A DNA stretch of 64,000 nucleotides from an uncultured Mycoplasmatota bacterium (lineage in GTDB: Bacteria; Bacillota_I; Bacilli_A; RF39; UBA660), in the NCBI GenBank assembly GCA_947643405.1, contig CANRVY010000004.1:244-64243 (forward strand), read 5' to 3'. Shown one piece after another: positions 19,525-28,893 of the stretch (position 1 is its first letter; every line of letters starts with the position of its first letter). Position numbers and translations under genes: made by a program. The notes beneath the pieces are model-generated. The model did not search any database and had not been told where the DNA came from. It saw only the letters and a program-made list of their open reading frames with translations.

Positions 19525-20310
19525 TCAATGATGATGTCCTCCAATCACTAGACTAAGAAAAAGAATAAAAATACCAAGAAAAATTCCAAGAATTGTTTCT
19601 TTTTTATTTTTTGAATGAATCATTTGCTCTAATAATTCAAATAAAGCAATATAAATAATCATTCCAAGTGTAATACTGAGTAATATTCCTAAGATCAATT
19701 CCTCTTTCATTATTCCATTTAAAAAGAACATAAGTAAGCCACCAATAAATGTTGATATAGAAATCAAGAAACTAATCATAACTGTTTTCTTTTTATTTTC
19801 ACTGCTTTTATAAAAGGTTGAAGCAATTACCATTCCCATTGGAATATTATGCAATCCTACTCCAAGTCCTACTAATAATCCTAGATGAGTAGAAGTTGAA
19901 GCTGTTCCATAAATTGCCATTCCTTCTATCAAATTGTGCAGAACCAAAGCAAAACTAGAAACAATTCCTATATGATATAAATGTTCCATGTGTTCTTTTT
20001 TGCTATGATGATGTCCTTCATCTAAAGCGTGATGCGGAATAAAATGGTCTAAAAGTTTTAATAAAATAATTCCAATTATTATACAACCAAATAAAAGAGG
20101 AATTCTTCCATTCTTCATTTCTTCTAAATGTTCATAGCTTTCAGGAAAGAGTTCAAAAATAGATAAACTTATCATTACTCCAAAAGCCAATGCCAGAGAA
20201 AAAGAAACAAATTTTTCGTTGTTTTTTGTAATCAATACAATAATTGCTCCAAGTAATATAAATAACCCAAGAATAAAAGTCAATAAAAGTGCGAATAATT
20301 CCATAACCAT
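19525..20310 (-). CDS. ZIP family metal (zinc) transporter
   Basis: LHNLIEG, LHNIPMG, His-rich loop. Confidence 0.92.
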   Translation of the reverse strand: MVMELFALLLTFILGLFILLGAIIVLITKNNEKFVSFSLALAFGVMISLSIFELFPESYEHLEEMKNGRIPLLFGCIIIGIILLKLLDHFIPHHALDEGHHHSKKEHMEHLYHIGIVSSFALVLHNLIEGMAIYGTASTSTHLGLLVGLGVGLHNIPMGMVIASTFYKSSENKKKTVMISFLISISTFIGGLLMFFLNGIMKEELILGILLSITLGMIIYIALFELLEQMIHSKNKKETILGIFLGIFILFLSLVIGGHHH

Positions 20311-20318
20311 CTTCCTTT

Positions 20319-20344
20319 AAAAAAAGAGTTTTAAACTCTTTTTC
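20319..20344 (-). terminator. Intrinsic terminator
   Basis: AAAAAGAGTTT-T-AAACTCTTTTT inverted repeat downstream of the lipoprotein gene. Confidence 0.6.
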
Positions 20345-20360
20345 ATTATAACACAAATTC

Positions 20361-21239
20361 CTATTTTCCTAAAATACCTTTTACATATTCTTTTGCATTT
20401 TGATATGCCTCATCCAGCTCAGGTTTTACATCTTCATAAATTCCAGTTACTCTATCTTTTCCTTCTTCCAAATATGGTTTGGCATTATCCCAAGCACTTT
20501 CTAATGCAGGAATGGCTGCTTCTACATAAGGTCTTAGAGCATTTTCTACTTTGTCGCTAACTGCTTCTGCTTTCTTAAATAATGTTGTATTTTTTACATA
20601 ATTAGAAAACGTTGTTAATCCATCTATGACAGCTTCTTTGTCAATATCTGGAAGATGATTTTTCGCACTTTCAATAGTTCCTTCTAAATCAAAACCTTCT
20701 ACTGCATCTACACCATTTCTAAGTCCACTAATACAAGTTCCCGTTACATAGTTTGCCCTATAATATGTAGAAATTACATCTTCTACTTTTTTATTTTCTC
20801 CTACATAGGTAACGTTTGGATAATAAAGAGCAATTTCTTTTTCTTCTTTTCTATCACTTCCACAATAATAAATTTGAACCATTGGTCTTTCTTTTAAAGA
20901 TGCTTCAAATATTTCTTTACTATAATTCTGATCACGTTCTACATTTTCTGCTGAGGTATCTTTTTTTGTGGTTATACTATCTGCATGATAAACAACTACT
21001 TGATTATCCCCATCTAAAGATTCTATATAAGTAATAATTTCATCTTGTTCTAAGTCAGTAGAAGGTGCTGTTACAACAGATTTAGAGATTGAAAGCCCCC
21101 CAACTATTGTATTCTCTTCTCTTACAGTAATGACTGGTTCTATTACTTGTTCTGGCATTGATTCTTTAGATAAAGTACAACCAGAGAGTAATAAAGTCGT
21201 GGTAAGCGCAAAAAGAACGATTTTGCTTTTCTTTTTCAT
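20361..21239 (-). CDS. Hypothetical lipoprotein with amphipathic helical (apolipoprotein-like) C-terminus
   Basis: Lipobox LLLSGC; repeats ALRPYVE / NAKPYLE / DVKPELD / NAKEYVK. Confidence 0.65.
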   Translation of the reverse strand: MKKKSKIVLFALTTTLLLSGCTLSKESMPEQVIEPVITVREENTIVGGLSISKSVVTAPSTDLEQDEIITYIESLDGDNQVVVYHADSITTKKDTSAENVERDQNYSKEIFEASLKERPMVQIYYCGSDRKEEKEIALYYPNVTYVGENKKVEDVISTYYRANYVTGTCISGLRNGVDAVEGFDLEGTIESAKNHLPDIDKEAVIDGLTTFSNYVKNTTLFKKAEAVSDKVENALRPYVEAAIPALESAWDNAKPYLEEGKDRVTGIYEDVKPELDEAYQNAKEYVKGILGK

Positions 21240-21296
21240 AAAATCTCCTCTTTTCTGATGTTTTATTATATTCTAAAAATTAATATTTGTAAAATT

Positions 21297-23621
21297 TTAA
21301 TTACATTTTTTTTCTTTGCAACGAATTCTCCATTCAATAAAATCTGTAAACAAACGAAAGGCAAACAAAGAAACAATCATCAATCCTCCTAGCAATACCA
21401 TCATGCGGAAGTTTGGCCAAACAAGTGAATAGAATTCTCTTAAGAAAACACACTGTAATAACATTAAAATTATCATACTAATAAATAAAGTTTTCTTTAA
21501 AAGATTAAATGGTCTACATAGTTGATATAATAGTCTAAATCCTACAAATCCATTCATAAAAACACACATTGTAGATACTTGATCATCTGAAAAATGAAAT
21601 AGTTTATTTGCTAACATAATTACTAAAATATTAAATACAATTGTCAATGCACTTGGGATCGATTTACTAAACACACTTTTTAAGAAGCTTCCTTCTATTC
21701 TGCTTTTATTCGGTTGTAATGCAAGTACAAAAGAAGGAATTCCGATTGTGACTACACTTGTTAAAGTTAGTTGAATGGGAATAAATGGATATTGGAGCCC
21801 TAGAATAGCAAATACGACTGCTAAAACTGTAGCATATGTTGTCTTTGTTAAAAAGAGTGTTGCAGAACGTTCAATATTATTCACAGTTCTTCTTCCTTCT
21901 GCTACAACTGCTGGTAGTGCATCAAAATTGGAATTTAATAGAACCAGTTCAGATACATTTCTTGCGGCCTCTGTCCCACTAGCAATAGCGATACTGCAAT
22001 CTGCCTCTTTTAAAGCGAGTACATCATTTACTCCATCTCCAGTCATAGCCACAATATGTCCCCCATTTTTCAAAGCCATAATAAGTTCTTTTTTCTGCAT
22101 AGGTGAAACTCTTCCAAATACATTATACTGGAAAGCAGCTTTCTCTAATTCTTCTTGTGTATTTACTTTACTCATATCAATCATTTTCTCATAATGTTCA
22201 ATTCCAGCTCTTTTCGCAATACTAGAAACAGTTATAACGTTATCTCCTGAAATTACTTTGATAGAAACCCCTTGCTCTTTAAAATATTTGAGTGTTTCTT
22301 TTGCTTCTTTTCTAATTTTATCTCTAATTAAGACTAAAGAAACTAATTCATATTTTTGGGGAATTTCTCCTGTCCAAGTATCAGTATGAATGAGTAACAA
22401 AACTCGATTTTCTAAAATATATTTTTCAAGTTCTTGTTCCATTTCACTGTATTTTTCTTTTAATAAATATTCGGGAGCTCCTAATAAATAAGTACCATAT
22501 TTTTCAAATTCTACTCCAGAATATTTTTTTTCTGAGGAAAATGGAATGGTCGTTTTTATTTTCCAATCTGTTTTCATATGATATTTATTCTTTAGTGCTT
22601 CAAAAGTTGGGTTGTTATCATCTAAGGCATTTGTAATAGCTGATAAAATATGATTCACTTCTTCTGCTTTTTTATTATCATAAGGAATGGTTGCATATAC
22701 TTCCATTACTCCTTCAGTAATCGTTCCTGTTTTATCCAAACAAAGAGTGTCAACACGTGCTAATGTTTCAATACAATATAAATCTTGTACCAATACCTTA
22801 TATTTAGAAAGTCGCACTACACTGACAGCCAAAACGGTACTTGTTAATAATACAAGGCCTTCTGGTATCATTCCGAGTATGGCAGCTACGGTATTCACAA
22901 CAGCATCATTGAATGTATTATCAGGGATTCCAAGCTGCCGTGCAAATAAGATTAGCCCAATTGGAATAATTCCAATTGAAACCATTTTTATAATTTTTTT
23001 TAATGATTTCATTAATATTGAATTTGCTTGTTTTATATAATGTGCTTCAGCTGATATTTTAGCGGTATAATTATCAATTCCTACATGGGTTACTTTTACA
23101 TAAGCACTACCACTCACAATAAAACTTCCAGAAAGTAGTTCTTCTCCCTCTTCTTTTAAAATAGGGACTGATTCTCCAGTAATAAAAGCTTCATTCACTT
23201 CCACGGCTCCTTTTACAATAATAGAATCGGTAACTACTTGATTTCCAAGAGATAAATATAAAATATCATCTAAGACAATTTCTGAGTTTTCAATTTCTTC
23301 TAATTTACTATCTCGTAATACTCTTGATTTTGTTGCTGATATGATAGATAGTTTATCAATTGTTCTTTTTGCATTAATTTCTTGAATGATGCTGATGATG
23401 GTATTACAAAATACAACTCCTAAAAACATGATGTTTTTATAGGATTTTACAAGAATTAAAGCCAAAGCTAAACCAAAGTTTAGAATGTTAAATAGTGTAA
23501 AAATGTTTGATTCTATAATTTGCTTCAAACTTTTTGTAGGAACTGTTGTATCATAATTAACGAGATTTTTTTCTTTTCTAATCTCTACTTCTTTTTTTGT
23601 CAAACCTGTTAATTTATCCAT
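21297..23621 (-). CDS. Cation-translocating P-type ATPase (CtpE-like)
   Basis: TGES, IPEGL, DKTGT, ISGDN, GDGVND. Confidence 0.95.
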   Translation of the reverse strand: MDKLTGLTKKEVEIRKEKNLVNYDTTVPTKSLKQIIESNIFTLFNILNFGLALALILVKSYKNIMFLGVVFCNTIISIIQEINAKRTIDKLSIISATKSRVLRDSKLEEIENSEIVLDDILYLSLGNQVVTDSIIVKGAVEVNEAFITGESVPILKEEGEELLSGSFIVSGSAYVKVTHVGIDNYTAKISAEAHYIKQANSILMKSLKKIIKMVSIGIIPIGLILFARQLGIPDNTFNDAVVNTVAAILGMIPEGLVLLTSTVLAVSVVRLSKYKVLVQDLYCIETLARVDTLCLDKTGTITEGVMEVYATIPYDNKKAEEVNHILSAITNALDDNNPTFEALKNKYHMKTDWKIKTTIPFSSEKKYSGVEFEKYGTYLLGAPEYLLKEKYSEMEQELEKYILENRVLLLIHTDTWTGEIPQKYELVSLVLIRDKIRKEAKETLKYFKEQGVSIKVISGDNVITVSSIAKRAGIEHYEKMIDMSKVNTQEELEKAAFQYNVFGRVSPMQKKELIMALKNGGHIVAMTGDGVNDVLALKEADCSIAIASGTEAARNVSELVLLNSNFDALPAVVAEGRRTVNNIERSATLFLTKTTYATVLAVVFAILGLQYPFIPIQLTLTSVVTIGIPSFVLALQPNKSRIEGSFLKSVFSKSIPSALTIVFNILVIMLANKLFHFSDDQVSTMCVFMNGFVGFRLLYQLCRPFNLLKKTLFISMIILMLLQCVFLREFYSLVWPNFRMMVLLGGLMIVSLFAFRLFTDFIEWRIRCKEKKCN

Positions 23622-23706
23622 ACTATCCCTCCTTTTTTATTATAGCATTATTATATAGTCCTGTACAAAAAAAAGTGTGACAGTTTTGTAAGATGTCAAA
23701 AAAAAA

Positions 23707-23879
23707 GCCCAAATAATCGGTGCTCGCAACGATAAAAACCTGATCTCCCAGGTGGGCATCACAGAATTCATATCAGGATTCTTGTATAAATACAAGCTTT
23801 CAACAACAATAAATTCATTAGATTCCCAATCGTTATAAATTAGTAGGTTTTTCTAATTAAGCTACCATATCATTTAGGC
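23707..23879 (-). ncRNA. ssrS: 6S RNA
   Basis: ~173-nt rod with paired ends GCCUAAAUGAU/AUUAUUUGGGC, internal UUGGGA and CCCACCUG...CAGGUU typical of Firmicutes 6S; extended -10 TGATATAAT upstream; U-tract after; near aspS. Confidence 0.82.
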
Positions 23880-23911
23880 AATTTCATTATATCATATTTC
23901 TTTAACTTTTG

Positions 23912-24652
23912 TCATCTCGTTTTGGATGGAAGTGCAAAAATTTTTACTTTTGGTTTATCTTTTACAAGTAAAATTGGATATCCATTATGTTTATTTCCAA
24001 AACAAGTTTTTGGGAAATATTTGACTTTTAAGAATTTTTCTGGAGGTACTTGTTCCATCAATTGTTCTATTAATATTCCATGATATTCCCTTGTTGTAAG
24101 AGACGGATCATTACTATGACTACAACCACATAAAGCAATACAAAAATCTAAATTTTCTTTTAATGCTCTTTTGATTATCATTTCTGTTGCTTCACAAGGA
24201 AATAGTCCAACTAATAAACTGCTTTTTTCTAATTTTATTTTATCATTGAAATATCTATTTACAAGCTTTGCTTTTGTTGGATATCCTTTCCACACTCTTG
24301 AATCATAAACAGTCACTGTTCCTCCTCCAATTTTTAATTGATATTCTCTTAAACTATGCCCTAGTAGCGGAAAAATGCCACTTCCTATTTCCACAACATC
24401 CCTTTTTAAATTGAATTCTCGTCTAATTAAATCATACATGTTTTTATAAACACTACAACTTGGTCTTATCAATCCCGCTGCTTCATATATTTGTTCAAAA
24501 AAAGCATCTGTTAAAGGAAGGCCTAATTGATCCATTTTAAGATGTGCATTTAAATAACCAACTTCATATCCAAGAGCCTCTTTATATGTTTCTCCAAATT
24601 GAGTCAAAATTCTTGTAATTTCTTCTGTATTCTTTGTTATATAAACATTCAC
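23912..24652 (-). CDS. Hypothetical protein, SAM-methyltransferase-like fold
   Basis: VVEIGSG motif, VYD, GLFPCEATE, ALCGCSH. Confidence 0.55.
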   Translation of the reverse strand: MNVYITKNTEEITRILTQFGETYKEALGYEVGYLNAHLKMDQLGLPLTDAFFEQIYEAAGLIRPSCSVYKNMYDLIRREFNLKRDVVEIGSGIFPLLGHSLREYQLKIGGGTVTVYDSRVWKGYPTKAKLVNRYFNDKIKLEKSSLLVGLFPCEATEMIIKRALKENLDFCIALCGCSHSNDPSLTTREYHGILIEQLMEQVPPEKFLKVKYFPKTCFGNKHNGYPILLVKDKPKVKIFALPSKTR

Positions 24653-24728
24653 AAAATCACCCTTTTTATATGGAACTTTATTTTATCACATTTTTTCTGT
24701 TTGTCAAAAAAAAAGCTTTTAAAAAGCT

Positions 24729-25829
24729 TTATTTCGTTTCTCTATTTCGAATCAATTCTAATATTTTTTCTTTTCCATTTTGCAGTTCTTGAACTGACTT
24801 TCCATTTCCTAATGTATAAATAATATCTGCTAAAAATGGCATACAATCAACTCTGGTCAACCAACTTCTTGTCATATATGCTTCTGGAATATAGGTTAAA
24901 TTTGTTGTATATACTCCATCAAACAACTTTTGTTCATATGCTTTATCAAATACTTCTATTCCACCTGTAAATAATGCAAATGAAGCAGATAAATAAATTC
25001 TCCTGGCTCCCATTTCTTTCATTTTTTTCGCTACATCTATAATAGATTCCCCTGAAGCAATCATATCATCTACAATTAATACATCCTTGTCAGTGACATC
25101 TTTTCCTAAATAACTATGTTCCACAACTGGATTTTTTCCATTTTCAACAATAGAATAGTCTCTTCTTTTATAAGAAACTCCTAAATCACAACCCAAAAGT
25201 TCTGCATAATATCTCGCTCTTTCAACTGCTCCCATATCTGGACTTACAATAAAAATATTTTTTAAATCAATTGCTTCTTTCTTCAGAAATCTTTTTAATA
25301 TTGTATGTGTTGGATAAAAATTATCAAAGGGAAGATTTGGAATTGCATTTTGAACTTGTGGATCATGAGCGTCAAACGTAACAATTCCATTTACACCTAA
25401 ATCTTCTAATTCTTGTAAAGCTAGTGCACAGTCTAATGATTCTCTTCCTTTTCTTTTGTGTTGTCTAGATTCATATAAAAGTGGCATCACAACATGAATA
25501 CTAGATGCATGCCCTTTAATTGCTGAAATCACTCTCTTGATGTCTTGAAAATGTTCATCTGGAGTCATAATATGGTCTTGCCCATACAATTTATAGGTTG
25601 TCCCATAATTTCCAACATCTGAAAGAATAAAAACTTCCTTATGTCGAACAGTTTGTCCTAATTCAGCTTTGCCTTCTCCATTTGCAAATCTTGGCTGTTT
25701 TAAAGGTACAATTAAATCTTCAATTGCTCCATATTCTTCTTGTATTTTTAAAGCAATTTCGTTTCCTCTCTTCTCAAAGTTTTTTAAAATTACTAATCGA
25801 ATATTATTATTCATTCCCAAAACTAACAC
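24729..25829 (-). CDS. prs: Ribose-phosphate pyrophosphokinase (long clostridial type)
   Basis: RFANGE, PLLYESRQHK, VSPDMGAVERA, IVDDMIASGES. Confidence 0.93.
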   Translation of the reverse strand: MLVLGMNNNIRLVILKNFEKRGNEIALKIQEEYGAIEDLIVPLKQPRFANGEGKAELGQTVRHKEVFILSDVGNYGTTYKLYGQDHIMTPDEHFQDIKRVISAIKGHASSIHVVMPLLYESRQHKRKGRESLDCALALQELEDLGVNGIVTFDAHDPQVQNAIPNLPFDNFYPTHTILKRFLKKEAIDLKNIFIVSPDMGAVERARYYAELLGCDLGVSYKRRDYSIVENGKNPVVEHSYLGKDVTDKDVLIVDDMIASGESIIDVAKKMKEMGARRIYLSASFALFTGGIEVFDKAYEQKLFDGVYTTNLTYIPEAYMTRSWLTRVDCMPFLADIIYTLGNGKSVQELQNGKEKILELIRNRETK

Positions 25830-25904
25830 CCTCTCACTACTACAATTTCAGTATAACATGAAAAAATGGGAAATTCTATAAAAAAAGTAGAAATTTTATT
25901 TTTT

Positions 25905-27653
25905 CTACCTTTCTATCTTAATTCCCAATTCTTTTAGTTGTTTTTCCTCTACTACATTTGGGGCTTCACTCATTAAATCAGAAGCACTTGCTGTTTTTGG
26001 AAAAGCAATTACATCTCTAATATTTTCTGTTTTAGAAAGTAACATCGTAAGTCTATCTAAACCAAATGCAAGCCCTCCATGTGGTGGAGTACCATATTGA
26101 AATGCATCAATAAAGAACCCAAATTTTTCTTTCGCAGATTCTGGAGTAAAACCTAATGCTTCAAACATTTTTTTCTGTGTTTCTGCATTATGAATACGAA
26201 TACTTCCTCCTCCTGCTTCATATCCATTAATGACAATATCATACGCTTTTGCTTTACAAACTCCTGGGTTTGTCATTAATCTATCTACATCGCTATCATG
26301 AGGGGCTGTAAAAGGATGATGACAGGCCATATATCGATTCTCTTCCTCACTATATTCAAATACTGGAAAATTGACTACCCAAAGAAGTTTGTAATCATCA
26401 GGATCGATAAGCTCCAATTCTTTTCCAAGCTTCACACGCAATGCTCCCAAACTTGTTTTTACAATACTTTTCTTATTTGCAACTATAAATACTAAGTCAT
26501 TATTTTCTAGTTTTAATCTTTGTTTTACATCAACTAATTCTTCTGTAGAAAGAACCTTAATGATGCTTCCTGAAAGTTCATTATCTACAAATTTTAAATA
26601 AGCAAGTCCTGTTGCACCATATGTTTTTACAAACTCCGTAAGGGTATCTATATTCTTTCTAGAATATTTATCTGCTGCATTTTTAGCAACAATTGCATTA
26701 ATGATACCTCCCTCTTCTATTACGGATTTAAAAACACCAAATTCTGTATTTTTAAATATAGAAGTAAGATCTTCAATTTTCATATCAAAACGCAAATCTG
26801 GTTTATCACTTCCATATTTTTCAATTGCGTCTTCATATTCCATTTTTAAAAGTGGTAATTCAATGTCGATTCCTTTTACTTTTTTAAACATATGCGCAAT
26901 AAGACGTTCTGCTAAATCCATGACATCATTCTCGTCTACAAAACTCATTTCTAAATCAATTTGTGTAAATTCGGGCTGTCTATCTGCTCTTAAATCTTCA
27001 TCTCTAAAACATTTGGCAATTTGAAAGTATCGTTCCATTCCACCTACCATTAATAATTGTTTAAATAATTGTGGAGATTGTGGAAGTGCATAAAATTTTC
27101 CATTGTTCACTCTAGAAGGTACCAAATAGTCTCTCGCACCTTCTGGAGTTGATTTACAAAGAACTGGAGTTTCTACTTCTACAAAGTCTTCCCCATCTAA
27201 AAATTCCCTAGTTGCTGCCATAATTTTATGACGAATAATAAGTTTTTCTTTGATTGTATTTCTCCTTATATCCAAATAGCGATATTTAAGCCTAGTATCT
27301 TCTAGTGCTGTTGTTGTATCACTAATTTCAAATGGTAATTCATTTGCAACATTTAAAACCTCAATATTTGTAACTTCTAATTCAATATCTCCTGTCTCCA
27401 TATTTGAGTTTTTACTTTCACGTTCTGTTATTACTCCAGTAAGTGCTACAACATATTCGTTTTTCAAAGTTTCTGCTATTTTATAACACTCCTGCTCAGG
27501 ACGCACTAATGCTTGGATTACACCACTGCGGTCTCTTAAATCTAAAAATAACAGTCCGCCTAAATTTCTTTTTTTATGAATCCATCCATGCAATGTTACT
27601 ATTTTTCCTACATCTTTCATTCTAAATTCGTTATTCTTATATTGTTTCATCAT
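25905..27653 (-). CDS. aspS: Aspartate-tRNA ligase
   Basis: STPEGARDY, LPQSPQLFKQ, FRDEDLRADRQPEFTQ, GTPPHGGLAFGLDR. Confidence 0.98.
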   Translation of the reverse strand: MMKQYKNNEFRMKDVGKIVTLHGWIHKKRNLGGLLFLDLRDRSGVIQALVRPEQECYKIAETLKNEYVVALTGVITERESKNSNMETGDIELEVTNIEVLNVANELPFEISDTTTALEDTRLKYRYLDIRRNTIKEKLIIRHKIMAATREFLDGEDFVEVETPVLCKSTPEGARDYLVPSRVNNGKFYALPQSPQLFKQLLMVGGMERYFQIAKCFRDEDLRADRQPEFTQIDLEMSFVDENDVMDLAERLIAHMFKKVKGIDIELPLLKMEYEDAIEKYGSDKPDLRFDMKIEDLTSIFKNTEFGVFKSVIEEGGIINAIVAKNAADKYSRKNIDTLTEFVKTYGATGLAYLKFVDNELSGSIIKVLSTEELVDVKQRLKLENNDLVFIVANKKSIVKTSLGALRVKLGKELELIDPDDYKLLWVVNFPVFEYSEEENRYMACHHPFTAPHDSDVDRLMTNPGVCKAKAYDIVINGYEAGGGSIRIHNAETQKKMFEALGFTPESAKEKFGFFIDAFQYGTPPHGGLAFGLDRLTMLLSKTENIRDVIAFPKTASASDLMSEAPNVVEEKQLKELGIKIER

Positions 27654-27675
27654 ATTCCTCCTTCTTTTTGGTATT

Positions 27676-27880
27676 AAAAAACGTCCTTAAGAAAATATCA
27701 TCTTAAGGACGAGCTTTTTACCCGTGGTACCACCTTATTTTATTGCATTACACAAACTCTTATCTTTAACGCAGATGATACGATTATCTTACATTTAGTG
27801 TCTTCAAAAGAATTTTTTCAAATGGTTTCACCAATATCCATTCTCTCTTTTAGAAAAAATATCTATCTACTCCTCTAAAT
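27676..27880 (-). promoter_or_regulatory. T-box riboswitch (Asp specifier) upstream of aspS
   Basis: AGGTGGTACCACGG T-box (27721-27735), terminator CGTCCTTAAG/CTTAAGGACG + U-run, GAA-GAC specifier at about 27800-27805, AGAGA and GGTGAAA stem I motifs. Confidence 0.9.
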
Positions 27881-27927
27881 AATAATTATATTTTTAGTAT
27901 AACGTTAAATTTTCTATTCGTCAATAC

Positions 27928-28770
27928 CTAAGCTGACTTTTTAAAAGCAATGCCAATTAATTCTAAAATTTTTGATTTATTTTCTTTCTCGGCTTCTATT
28001 TTACTATAAAATTGATCTAATAAAGTTTGTTCTTCTATATAACTATGACTAATGATTTGACCATTTCTTTCTTGATTTCTAGAAAGAAATCTTCCATAGT
28101 CTCCTGCTTTAGATAGTTCTGTATTTGTTACTACCATATAATTTGGATGTGTTACTTCTAAAACATCTGTTTTAATGACATTTCCAAGCAAATGCATCCG
28201 AGTTCCTATTCCATAGCAAGAAAGATAAATTCCATTTAAATGATCCTCTTCAAATGTTTTTACCCTAGAATCTGTGACCTCTATTTCACTGTGTTCTATT
28301 CTAAGATTCCCTTTTAAAGCTGATATTTTAACGCCATATTTTCCGATAAATGAACAGTTCCTATAAACGGTTGTACCTGTAGATGATTGAAGTGTTAAAG
28401 CGGATAAACTTTCTATTCTATTTTTACTAAAAGACTGAATGTCAGATATGATAGAAATATCTCCAGAAGCTCTCATATTCATTCCCTCAGGCATTCTAAA
28501 ATAGCCACCATTAATAGAAAGAGATTCTAGGTTTTCTGTTCCAACAAATTCTTTTATTACTACTTTTGCTGCATCTAGTGTTACCTTTTCACAAAATCTA
28601 TTGCCACTAGAAAATTCTACCGAATTTCTTCTAGAATAAAATTCAAAATTAAGAAATGTACAATTTTGAAATATAAAAGTACAATTTTCATAGCCGTCAG
28701 TTAGAAATTTTCCAATCAATGTGTCATCATGAACAACAATTGTTTTTCCATATTGTCTTGACATATTCAT
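27928..28770 (-). CDS. Hypothetical protein (possibly beta-helix-like)
   Basis: Open frame with GGAGGA RBS before MNMSRQ; repeated F-x-N-C-x-F pattern; no recognised family. Confidence 0.55.
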   Translation of the reverse strand: MNMSRQYGKTIVVHDDTLIGKFLTDGYENCTFIFQNCTFLNFEFYSRRNSVEFSSGNRFCEKVTLDAAKVVIKEFVGTENLESLSINGGYFRMPEGMNMRASGDISIISDIQSFSKNRIESLSALTLQSSTGTTVYRNCSFIGKYGVKISALKGNLRIEHSEIEVTDSRVKTFEEDHLNGIYLSCYGIGTRMHLLGNVIKTDVLEVTHPNYMVVTNTELSKAGDYGRFLSRNQERNGQIISHSYIEEQTLLDQFYSKIEAEKENKSKILELIGIAFKKSA

Positions 28771-28893
28771 TCCTCCTAACAAGCTGCCCTTTAGAAAGAC
28801 ATTATGATAATGTATCATTTTTTATGCATAGATGTCAAGATTTTTTTTGTTTTTTTATGATAAAAGTGTTAAAAAGCGTAAAAGAGTAATTAC

